From: Gammaproteobacteria bacterium
GTDB taxonomy: Bacteria > Pseudomonadota > Gammaproteobacteria > Eutrophobiales > Eutrophobiaceae
Direction of reading: 5' to 3'
Assembly: GCA_965116495.1 (NCBI GenBank)
Contig: OZ220696.1
Coordinates: 960,001-1,024,000 of the forward strand
Length of the DNA: 64,000 bases
The notes under the pieces are model-generated. The model made no database searches and was not told the origin of the DNA. It saw only the letters and a list, made by a program, of their open reading frames with translations. Within the stretch, counting starts at the first letter, position 1; the number at the start of each line of letters is the position of its first letter. Positions 47,667 through 56,354 of the stretch are shown piece by piece. The translations under genes were made by a program, and so were the position numbers.

Positions 47667-47696
47667 CACTATACTGTACACATGTACAGTATAGTG
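47667..47696. promoter_or_regulatory. Palindromic operator
   Basis: CACTATACTGTACA-CA-TGTACAGTATAGTG just upstream of vapC. Confidence 0.7.
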
Positions 47697-47964
47697 GTTT
47701 TCTGCACAAGTCAACTCTCTTTCTCCCAAATTCCGCTTTAGAGATTCAAAACGGGTCTCTAAGGAGCATTTTGCCTGTTTGTAGTGCCCTGCTCAACAGC
47801 AACAGGCGACAGGTCGTCCTTGTACAGGCTGGTTGACCGCATTCAAGCGTTGGATTCGGCCCGCACCAGGCGCATGAACCGGCTCAGCCCGGTGACACAG
47901 GCAGGGGGAGAGTGTCCCCCGGCGGCCGGGGGTGACAGGGAATACGGACTCTTGCAGGGTTATG

Positions 47965-48292
47965 CTACGCCGGACAGGACAACGGCGGCGGGCGCCCGGG
48001 TGGGGCCAGGGCTGCCAGCAGAGTCTTGACCAGGATTGCCTGGTCGGGGCGGAACTTCAGGGACACCCGGCGCGCATGGCACACCACCTTGGCGGCCAGG
48101 GCATAGACCCGCCAGCGTAGCGTGGTGGCCCGGCGGGTATGCCACTCGGGCGGCAGGGAATGACGCAACAACACAAACAGGTTGTACGCGGTCACGCACA
48201 GGTGGAAGTACAGGGTATTGGCCTCGAACTGTCCACAGGGCGAGCGTTCGCCGGCAACGTCGCACTTCAACTCCTTGATACGGTTCTCCGAG
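47965..48292 (-). pseudogene. IS1380-family transposase, 3' part (interrupted by RIT)
   Basis: SENRIKELK.D......P...F.AN......AYNL...TLRWR. Confidence 0.8.
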
Positions 48293-48450
48293 TTATGTTG
48301 AGCTCAACATAACATGGATTATGTAGAGTAAATTATTATGTTGAGTTGAGCGGTTCCGGCCCCGTAAATACTGCCTTTGGAGGCCGAAACGCTTAACATA
48401 ATTATTTCGCTTATCCTCTTTCATCCCAACATGAATAGAGGAGAACAGCG

Positions 48451-49983
48451 ATGGCACCACCTATTAAAAATAATCGGCTTTTACAAGCGAAGCGAGACCC
48501 CCTTTACCCGTATCTGCCTGAGTTTCAGGCTTACCTGAAGCAAGCGGGCTTGAGGGCAAACACGATTTGCGGTTTACGCGGAAAAGCCCGGCATTTTCTC
48601 GTCTGGTTGAATCAGGACGGTACGCCAATCGAGTCCATTGACGATACCGTTTTGCGTCGCTATCGCGATCATGACTGTCGGTGTCCTCGAACGCGTTACA
48701 GGCAGTATGGCACCAGTACCATTATGCCGGGCGCCTTGTGGCTGGTACGGTTCTTTGATACGACCGGGAGAACCCGGCGTCCGGGGTCAGGCGAGGATGG
48801 ATTCCGTTTGTTGGAAGAATTCCTTGCAACCCTTGCGGCGAAACACTACCGGCCGGTGTCGCTCGAACACCACCGGAGCCTGTGTCGACACTTCCTGGCC
48901 TGGCTTTATCAGTCCCGGGTCGACGTCAGGGAAATGGATGCCGGGGTCGTGGAGCGGTTTGCCCATCATGATTGTGTTTGCCTGGGACACTACCGGGCAA
49001 AACACACAGCCGGTTATACCAATCGTTTTGTGGTTGACCGGTTTGTCGGCTTTCTGATTAGCCGGGGTGTGGTGCAGGGATCGTCATGTGAAAAGCACCC
49101 TGACGAGACATTGCCGGCCTTTGCTGCCTGGCTCCGCCGGCATCGGGGCATTCAGGAAAGCACCATTCGGGCACACGTCAGGGAAACAGGCACCCTGCTG
49201 CCGGACCTTGGCAATGCACCGGAGCAATACACTGCCGCCCATATTCGTGATATTTTGCTGCATCGCTTTGAGCAGGTCCCGCCGGTGCGCGCCGTGCGTT
49301 TGGCCGTATCCATGCGTATGTACCTGCGGTTTCTGGCTGCCAGTGGCGCCTGTCCGTCCGGACTTGTCGCTGCCGTCCCGTCAGCCCCCCGATGGCGACT
49401 CGATACGCTGCCCCGTTATCTGCCCGCTGACGACATTGAACGTGTCATTGCTGCTTGTGATAGACAGACGCGGGTCGGAATACGGGATCGGGCGGTCCTG
49501 TTGTTACTCGCCCGCCTGGCGCTGCGAGCCGGTGATATCGTTAACCTCAGACTCGACGATATCGACTGGAAAAATGCGCGCCTTCGCGTCTGTGGAAAGT
49601 CAAAACAGTCGGTGGGATTGCCGCTTCCCCAGGATACGGGTGATGCGGTACTTGCCTATATCGAACAGGCTCGTCCACGTGTAAACGATGAGAAACTGTT
49701 TCTGGCAATCAGGGCGCCGCATCAATCCTTTTCCGGATCATCTGCGATTCGGGCAATTACCGGTCGCGCATTGAAGCGGGCCGGCATGGAGCATGCCAAC
49801 CTGCGTGGCGCCTCCCTGTTCCGTCATTCTGCGGCAACCACACTGTTACGTGACGGCGCCTCTCTGGACACCATCGGCGCCCTGCTTCGACATCGTTCAG
49901 CGGACACGACGGCAATTTACGCCAAGGTCAACCAGCCCATGCTGCAGGACGTCGCGCAAGCATGGATAGGAGCAGTCCAATGA
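48451..49983 (+). CDS. ritA: RIT tyrosine recombinase A
   Basis: RDRAVLLLLARLALRAGD, GK, FRHSAAT, LRH, TAIYAKV. Confidence 0.9.
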   Translation: MAPPIKNNRLLQAKRDPLYPYLPEFQAYLKQAGLRANTICGLRGKARHFLVWLNQDGTPIESIDDTVLRRYRDHDCRCPRTRYRQYGTSTIMPGALWLVRFFDTTGRTRRPGSGEDGFRLLEEFLATLAAKHYRPVSLEHHRSLCRHFLAWLYQSRVDVREMDAGVVERFAHHDCVCLGHYRAKHTAGYTNRFVVDRFVGFLISRGVVQGSSCEKHPDETLPAFAAWLRRHRGIQESTIRAHVRETGTLLPDLGNAPEQYTAAHIRDILLHRFEQVPPVRAVRLAVSMRMYLRFLAASGACPSGLVAAVPSAPRWRLDTLPRYLPADDIERVIAACDRQTRVGIRDRAVLLLLARLALRAGDIVNLRLDDIDWKNARLRVCGKSKQSVGLPLPQDTGDAVLAYIEQARPRVNDEKLFLAIRAPHQSFSGSSAIRAITGRALKRAGMEHANLRGASLFRHSAATTLLRDGASLDTIGALLRHRSADTTAIYAKVNQPMLQDVAQAWIGAVQ

Positions 49984-50906
49984 GCCTGTCACATCATGTT
50001 GAACGTTACGTCACCTTTAAGCAACAGCTCGGCTACAAGTATGGGACTGAGGCACGGTTACTGCGGGCATGGGCAGACTATGCACAGGCCTGTGGAGATT
50101 TATTCCTGCACAACGAAAGGAGCATCGACTGGGCTTGCAAGGCACCCTCCCCGGGCAGTGTGCGGCGCCGGTTGCTGACCGTTCGTGGTCTGGCGGTCTG
50201 GCTACACGCCGAAGACCCGCGCCATGAAATTCCGTCTCGCACCGCGGTCGGTCCGGCAAAAAAAACTCGACCCGCCCCATACCTGCTTACCAGAAGCCAG
50301 ATTGAGCAGATTATGGACGCGGCGCTGACCTTGCGACCGACCGGTTCAATTACACCTCATACTTACCGTTGTCTGATTGGGCTGATTGCAGTGACCGGCC
50401 TGCGCTGTTCTGAGGCGGTCTCCCTGCGACTGGCCGACTTGACAGCCGATGGGCTGGTTATCCGCGAGACCAAGTTTGGCAAGAGCAGACTGGTCGTGCT
50501 GCATGACAGCACCCGCGCGGCGCTGGGCCGGTATCTCGAGAGCAGGAAGCGAGCAAGGGGTTCGGATGATTACCTGTTTGTTCTTGCGACCGGCAGGCCG
50601 CCGACCAGCGCCACCCTGACCGGCACCTTCATCAAACTGGCCCGAAAGACCGGGCTTCGCGGCGGCCCTGGCGAACCTGGAACACGCCTGCACGACCTGC
50701 GTCATGGATTCGCGGTTCGCTCGCTTGAGGCCGCGCTGGCAACCGACCGTGACCGCGTACATCGACACATTCTGGCGCTGGGTACTTATCTCGGTCATGT
50801 CAGTGTGTCGTCTACCTACTGGTATCTTGAGGCGACTCCCCTCCTGCTCCGGCAGATCGCTGACGTGGCGGAAAGCGCACAACAGGGAGGGCTTTGTGAT
50901 GACTGA
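49980..50906 (+). CDS. ritB: RIT tyrosine recombinase B
   Basis: TGLRCSEA, TKFGKSRLV, RLHDLRHGFAV, YLGH....TYWYL. Confidence 0.9.
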   Translation: MSLSHHVERYVTFKQQLGYKYGTEARLLRAWADYAQACGDLFLHNERSIDWACKAPSPGSVRRRLLTVRGLAVWLHAEDPRHEIPSRTAVGPAKKTRPAPYLLTRSQIEQIMDAALTLRPTGSITPHTYRCLIGLIAVTGLRCSEAVSLRLADLTADGLVIRETKFGKSRLVVLHDSTRAALGRYLESRKRARGSDDYLFVLATGRPPTSATLTGTFIKLARKTGLRGGPGEPGTRLHDLRHGFAVRSLEAALATDRDRVHRHILALGTYLGHVSVSSTYWYLEATPLLLRQIADVAESAQQGGLCDD

Positions 50907-51900
50907 TTTTGCCCCCCATATCAGCAACTACCTCAAGACGCATCTGCCGCATGAGCAGGGCGCAAGCAATCACACCGTCGCCAGTTACGCCTACAGCTTC
51001 CAACTGCTCACCTGCTTTGTTGCCGACCGGCTTGGCATCCGTCCCTGCAGGATTAAGATTGAGCAACTGACGTGCGAATGCATCCTGGATTTCCTTGACC
51101 ACCTGGAACGGGCGCGAGGCAATACGGCCCGAACACGCAATGCCCGGCTGGCCGCATTCAAAAGCTTCTTCAGATATCTGGAATATCGTGTACCGACCTG
51201 CCTTGACCTCGCCCGCCAGATACAGGCCATTCCAATAAAACGATTTGAGCAGGCACTGAGTGACAGTCTTGACCGTGACGAGTTGCAGGCCCTGCTTGAC
51301 GCACCGGATGTCAGCACGCAGGCAGGCGTCAGGGACAGCGCCATGCTGCATCTTGCCTACACCGCCGGATTGAGAGCATCGGAACTGGTCGGACTCGCCT
51401 GTGATGATCTCCGGCAACCGCATCTCGATACGGTGCGCCTGACTGGTAAGGGGCGACGCGAGCGTGAACTGCCGCTGTGGAAAGAAACACGATCGGTGCT
51501 GCGGGACTGGCTCGCGGTGCGTCCTGACAGTACAGACCGGCATCTGTTCCTCAACGCCAGAGGCGCCGCCATGAGCAGGCACGGCTTCAACCATCGCCTG
51601 GGGCTGCATGTCGACACGGCCCGGCAGACAGTACCCTCAATGGTCAATAAACATATTACCCCTCATTGCCTGCGGCACACGTGTGCCCTGCACATACTGG
51701 AGGCGACCGGAGATATTCGCAAGGTGTCGTTATGGCTGGGTCATGCAAGCATACAGAGCTCTGAAATTTATCTTCGGGTTGACCTTGTCGAAAAACTGGA
51801 TGTGCTACAGGCCGGGCTTCCTCCACAAATCAGGAAAGGCGCCTTCAAGACCGCGCCGGACAGACTGATGGCCCTATTAAACGACGTGAGATCACAATAA
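50899..51900 (+). CDS. ritC: RIT tyrosine recombinase C
   Basis: R.NTARTRNARLAA, GLRASEL, GKGRRER, TPHCLRHTCA, WLGHA...SEIY. Confidence 0.9.
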   Translation: MTDFAPHISNYLKTHLPHEQGASNHTVASYAYSFQLLTCFVADRLGIRPCRIKIEQLTCECILDFLDHLERARGNTARTRNARLAAFKSFFRYLEYRVPTCLDLARQIQAIPIKRFEQALSDSLDRDELQALLDAPDVSTQAGVRDSAMLHLAYTAGLRASELVGLACDDLRQPHLDTVRLTGKGRRERELPLWKETRSVLRDWLAVRPDSTDRHLFLNARGAAMSRHGFNHRLGLHVDTARQTVPSMVNKHITPHCLRHTCALHILEATGDIRKVSLWLGHASIQSSEIYLRVDLVEKLDVLQAGLPPQIRKGAFKTAPDRLMALLNDVRSQ

Positions 51901-51993
51901 TTGCGTATAATTATGTTAAGCGTTTCGGCCTCCAAAGGCAGTATTTACGGGGCCGGAACCGCTCAACTCAACATAATAATTTACTCTACATAA

Positions 51994-52206
51994 TCCGAGT
52001 CCTCGCCCCGCTGGTTGTACCAGTGCACTATCTCACTTTCGGTCAACGCATCCCGGTTGGTGGCCAGCGCCCGGTAGACATACCGCCCGTCCGTCATCGC
52101 ACTCTCGTCTTCCAGCCCAGCCTCCCCCAGGTCCAGATACTGCTGCCCGCCCCGGCGCGTGCGCTGCACCACCAGCGTGAAGGCCTTCTCATACCCGTCT
52201 ATCGCA
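51994..52206 (-). pseudogene. IS1380-family transposase, middle part
   Basis: YRALATN......IVHWYNQRGEDS continues in frame with ENRIKELK once the RIT is removed. Confidence 0.8.
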
Positions 52207-52253
52207 TTGACGCTACGCCGGAACAACAGCGAGTAACAGGGAGAGGAAGAGAA

Positions 52254-52340
52254 TGGTGCCCGGGGCCGGACTCGAACCGGCACGGAGTTACCCCCGAGGG
52301 ATTTTAAGTCCCTTGTGTCTACCAATTCCACCACCCGGGC
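52254..52340 (-). tRNA. leuZ: tRNA-Leu(TAA)
   Basis: 87 nt; GCCCGGG acceptor stem, AGGGA-CTTAAAA-TCCCT anticodon arm, long variable arm, GGTTCGAGTCC, CCA end. Confidence 0.97.
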
Positions 52341-52358
52341 CTGGATATTGCGTAAAAA

Positions 52359-52382
52359 TGGAGGCTGAGGTCGGAATCGAAC
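52359..52382 (-). repeat. tRNA-Cys 3' fragment (att site of a second island)
   Basis: GTTCGATTCCGACCTCAGCCTCCA 18 nt upstream of leuZ, where cysT normally lies; 5' two-thirds absent. Confidence 0.8.
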
Positions 52383-52571
52383 ATACCAGCCAATCTATTG
52401 TTTTATAGAGTTTTTTTATTTTTACTATAAGATAGTACCAACGGAATTACTAACAGAATTTTGGCCTTATCTTGTGTATTTTCCGGAATCGTACCGCGCT
52501 TTTCCTGTCCCATCAACCTGTACTGAATTTACGGCACAAACAACCTAACTCCTAAAATTGATAATGCGAGT

Positions 52572-52760
52572 ATGAATATTTACAAACATCTCCGGTTTCC
52601 ACCCGACATCATCAGTTCTGCAGTCTGGCTTTACTTTCGTTTCAATCTTATCCACCGGGATTTTGAAAACCTGCTGGCACAGCGTGGAATAATCGTCAGC
52701 TATGAATCCACCTGATTATGGTGCACCAAATTTCGTCAGATATATGCTAAATGGTTAAAG
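52572..52760 (+). pseudogene. IS6-family transposase 5' remnant
   Basis: YK.LRFPPDII..AVWLYFRFNL..RD.E.LLA.RGI.VSYES. Confidence 0.8.
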
Positions 52761-52856
52761 TGCTGTATCCCTACCTCATTTTCCGGACATATCCTTGATG
52801 TTTTCCTCTACTAGTCAGCCCATAGTAAAATACTCAAGCTTCTCGAATAATTTTTG

Positions 52857-53534
52857 TCAGATCCCTCCAGTCAATACATTTCTGTCTATCTGGATGAATT
52901 CCACCGGTACGCCATTGTGTTCAATAAACCCCACCACTAATCCTGGAGTGGGGCTATTGGGCTCAATTATTATTTTCTTATTTTTTACAGCTTCTTCCAC
53001 ATCATCTACTTCAAAAGCAAGATGTGGTAGATGTTTTACAATCTCCGGATATGGCGCTTTCTCATCATATCTAACCCAACCAACTCGATACATGTTCTTA
53101 GGATCATTGACATACATATTTAAATCTTCAAGGTGGACATCGCCCTCCCTTTCAATTTCCGTTGGAGTCCAGAACGAATGGTATTTATACTCTGACGTGT
53201 TTCTACGAGCACTCGTGATATCTTCATCCATCTGGATGAGTTGTATTGGCACATCATCAACTTCAATAAATGCAGTAACCACCCCATCGGATGGACTAAT
53301 AGGCCCGATTAATACTCTTCGTTTATTGATTTCAGCGCCAATGTTTTCAACTTCAAAAGCTACGTGCGCCACAGTTTTTATAATTTCAGGGTATGGAACC
53401 TCATCTTCATACCTTACCCACGCAACGCCATAAGGATCCTGTTCATAACCGCTAACATACATTCTTAAGTGAGAAAAATAAGTTTCGTTCAGCAGGCATG
53501 CTTTGGTCGGAATGCCAATATGATGGTATTTCAA
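52857..53534 (-). CDS. Tandem-domain VOC/glyoxalase-like protein
   Basis: Two copies of YHHIGIPT...W.RY...YPEI.K..HxAFEV...V.FIE. Confidence 0.75.
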   Translation of the reverse strand: MKYHHIGIPTKACLLNETYFSHLRMYVSGYEQDPYGVAWVRYEDEVPYPEIIKTVAHVAFEVENIGAEINKRRVLIGPISPSDGVVTAFIEVDDVPIQLIQMDEDITSARRNTSEYKYHSFWTPTEIEREGDVHLEDLNMYVNDPKNMYRVGWVRYDEKAPYPEIVKHLPHLAFEVDDVEEAVKNKKIIIEPNSPTPGLVVGFIEHNGVPVEFIQIDRNVLTGGI

Positions 53535-53572
53535 CTCTCTTTCGCCTTGTAACCTGTTTGATGTTCAAATTT

Positions 53573-54439
53573 TCAGGCTGAATCCTGCCAGAAGCCTGGC
53601 CCCTTATACTCTAGAATTCTGGCGCCCTCTTCCAGCGAATCCTGATCATCCCTCGCTGTACTGTAATACAACTTCTTCGATATAAATGGCGTATTTGTCC
53701 TGTACAGCGCGGCGAAGGTCTCTGCCATTTTCAAGGTAACCGCCGTAACGTTCAGAATCGGCACACCATCCACTTCAGTGAGGCCATTTGGATACTCATT
53801 TTCACATCCTGGCGCCATTCGTAGACAGGTATCTGCGAGCATGCATCCAGGGATGATTATCTCCGCACCTCTCACTATCAACTCCCTGCTCACTTCTATA
53901 AAACCATCTATGTTTGGGCGGGCGTCTGTCAGTGCATTCACCTGATCTTCAAAACTGCACCGGATACCTATAGCGCCAACTGATTGCTCTTTCAGGTAAT
54001 ATTTATGAATAAGTTCTTCTACACTCCATTGTGTTTTTTCACTGGTGGTCACCACCCCGAACTTCGCACCCATCATGGTAGCCATTTTCATGCAGGTCTC
54101 TGCCGGACACACCAACGGGATATTCATCACTTGCCTGCCTTCCCGCATGACGGGATCGTAAAAACACCAGCCGATCACAGCATCAAAGTCTCCAGACTGA
54201 TCCATATGCATGTAACCGTGGAGTGTTTCCATGTCATTCAACGTATTCATATACGCATACTGAAACGCACCAAAGCCGTCCAGGCCGATCCTGGGAAACC
54301 GGAAGATAATTTCCGTTCCTTCCGATTTAACCAAATGCATGTTCTTACGGATCAACGAGTTCATATCTGTCGCGTATTGAGCACCTTCGGTTCCTTCTTC
54401 TGCGGGAAGGGTGTGCATGACGCCGATTCTGAGTTTCAT
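53573..54439 (-). CDS. Asp/Glu/hydantoin racemase family protein
   Basis: DAVIGWCFYDP and GAEIIIPGC catalytic Cys pair. Confidence 0.8.
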   Translation of the reverse strand: MKLRIGVMHTLPAEEGTEGAQYATDMNSLIRKNMHLVKSEGTEIIFRFPRIGLDGFGAFQYAYMNTLNDMETLHGYMHMDQSGDFDAVIGWCFYDPVMREGRQVMNIPLVCPAETCMKMATMMGAKFGVVTTSEKTQWSVEELIHKYYLKEQSVGAIGIRCSFEDQVNALTDARPNIDGFIEVSRELIVRGAEIIIPGCMLADTCLRMAPGCENEYPNGLTEVDGVPILNVTAVTLKMAETFAALYRTNTPFISKKLYYSTARDDQDSLEEGARILEYKGPGFWQDSA

Positions 54440-54702
54440 GTTTATTTCTCCTGTGTTAAGGACTAGCTCATAATTGGCTGTTGTGATTTAATTTGTGCTA
54501 CAGACCTGAGAATCGAGTTGAGCAAACTCCAATCTCACATACTAAAGAAAGATTGTACGTCCAGTATTTATTGCTTTTGATGTCATTAATGACAGGTTTA
54601 TTATCGATTCAGGCACTTCAGTGATGTACATTCAGCAAGAATATCCATCTATGCCGAGACTGTGGTGGCAGTTGATTCCGGAGATTATTTATCGAGATAA
54701 AA

Positions 54703-55740
54703 TCAGGAAGACTTACGAAAACTTTTTGGCGTCGTACCAACATGTTTTTTGAAGGCGCGATGAAAATTTGACGCTTCGGAATAACCAACCAGGAGAGCTA
54801 CCTGTTCGATAGACAGGGATGTATCCGTCAGATACTGCATGGCAAAATGCATGCGTACTTCCTCTGATATTTTGCGGAATGATGTGTTTGCATCTGCAAG
54901 CCGACGGCGGAGATTCCTCGGAGTTGTATGTAGCTTTTCAGCTACTTCCACCAAATCAGGAAAACGCCCTGACGTATTAATCAGAATACGTCTTACAGTA
55001 TCGAGGATAGTTTCACCTTTACTTAATTTTCGCAGCAACTCGGCACATTGCTGCTCACAAATCTTGGCTGCCTGTTCATTGGCGAGGCTTAATTCCTTGT
55101 CGAGATATGAAACCGGAAATCGTAATTCATTCATATCTTGTGAGAAATGGATCGGACACTGAAATACCTCTTTATATTTTGCGACGTAGCTTTGCTCAGG
55201 CCAGGTCACGCGAATTTCGTTTATCCTTGCCGTATCTCCGAAATAAAATTTCAGAATTTGCCGCCATATAGCCAGCGTTACCTCAACGTCATACCGATAT
55301 GCTTCGCTCAAAAGTATCAAGGGTTCTATCGTGATGACAACGTCATTACCCTCCAGCCAACAGCGGATATGTAATACCGGGTCCGTTATTCTCTGGAAGC
55401 GTATGGCAATATCCATGGCTCTTCGAAGTGTGGGGCTGCTGAGCATTGCATAACCCATAATGCCCAGGTCGGCAATTGAAGTTCGCAACCCTACCAGCAA
55501 GCCCAACGCCGGTATATCAGCAATTTCACGGATTGCGCGCAGCGATTCGAAGTGCTGTTCAATCGTGTAGTACATATCGCTGTTTTCCAGTTCCTCCCTG
55601 TCCATACCGATACGTTTCAGAATGATATCGGTTTCCACGCCAAACTCGGACGCAACCTCAAGTAGACGTTTCATGTAAATGGTGGGAGTCAGTCCGGAAG
55701 ACTGCTTCAACCCGCTGTGACTATGCGCTGTCAGATTCAT
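54703..55740 (-). CDS. AraC-family regulator (long N-terminal sensing domain)
   Basis: LG.MGYAMLSSPTL; C-terminal R.LRRRL...TSF, GYSEASNFHRAFKK..G.TP. Confidence 0.92.
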   Translation of the reverse strand: MNLTAHSHSGLKQSSGLTPTIYMKRLLEVASEFGVETDIILKRIGMDREELENSDMYYTIEQHFESLRAIREIADIPALGLLVGLRTSIADLGIMGYAMLSSPTLRRAMDIAIRFQRITDPVLHIRCWLEGNDVVITIEPLILLSEAYRYDVEVTLAIWRQILKFYFGDTARINEIRVTWPEQSYVAKYKEVFQCPIHFSQDMNELRFPVSYLDKELSLANEQAAKICEQQCAELLRKLSKGETILDTVRRILINTSGRFPDLVEVAEKLHTTPRNLRRRLADANTSFRKISEEVRMHFAMQYLTDTSLSIEQVALLVGYSEASNFHRAFKKHVGTTPKSFRKSS

Positions 55741-55829
55741 ACCTGAATCTGATTATAGACAATTTTTCCTTAAATGATAGAGCCGTGTCCTAAAGTGAGA
55801 GGTTTCCTGGATTGCAGGCGTTGTTTCAC

Positions 55830-56291
55830 TTATAACTCATCAATGCTGGGATAACCTTTTCCTGCCGTGGTAAATTCAACGATGTTGCCGAATGGGTCCC
55901 GACAATAAACCGCACTACCTCCCTCAGGAAAAATATACGGCGGATTCATTGGAATTCCTCCGGCCTTTATCAGGCGATCATACTCTACCTGTGCATCATC
56001 CACTTCAAATGCCAAGTGCCGTATTCCCGGAGCGTCTGCGCTGGGCTGGTGTCCTTCATTATCGGCAGCAGGCGATGTATATTGAAATAATTCCAGGTAT
56101 GTATTATTGCATTTCATAAGATATGCCCGCGCGGCAGAGTTTTCCAATCCGGTTATTTGGTCATATACTGGACTGGGGTTGTCCCAGGATAATTCCTCCA
56201 CTACTGCGAAACCCAGAATTTTTTCGTAAAATTCCCTGGCCTTCTCAAGATCCGGTACTACAATTGCCGGGTGATGGAAACCCTTAATCAT
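55830..56291 (-). CDS. VOC/glyoxalase family protein
   Basis: HHPAIVVPDLEKA..FY..LGF, LELFQY, GIRHLAFEV, Y.RDPFGN.VE. Confidence 0.9.
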   Translation of the reverse strand: MIKGFHHPAIVVPDLEKAREFYEKILGFAVVEELSWDNPSPVYDQITGLENSAARAYLMKCNNTYLELFQYTSPAADNEGHQPSADAPGIRHLAFEVDDAQVEYDRLIKAGGIPMNPPYIFPEGGSAVYCRDPFGNIVEFTTAGKGYPSIDEL

Positions 56292-56354
56292 AATAGTTCA
56301 TCCGGTGTAGCAAAACTGTTGTTGGTGAAATATGCTGCTGGCAGAATTATTTTA

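Larger units (their letters stand above)
48293..51993 (+). mobile_element. RIT (recombinase-in-trio) element
   Basis: Three overlapping tyrosine recombinase genes; 90-bp perfect inverted repeats 48316-48405 and 51907-51996; TCCGAG on both flanks. Confidence 0.92.

Noticed and set aside
51981-52334. 117-aa ORF
   Set aside because: Chimera of tRNA-Leu sequence, the boundary repeat and an IS1380 fragment
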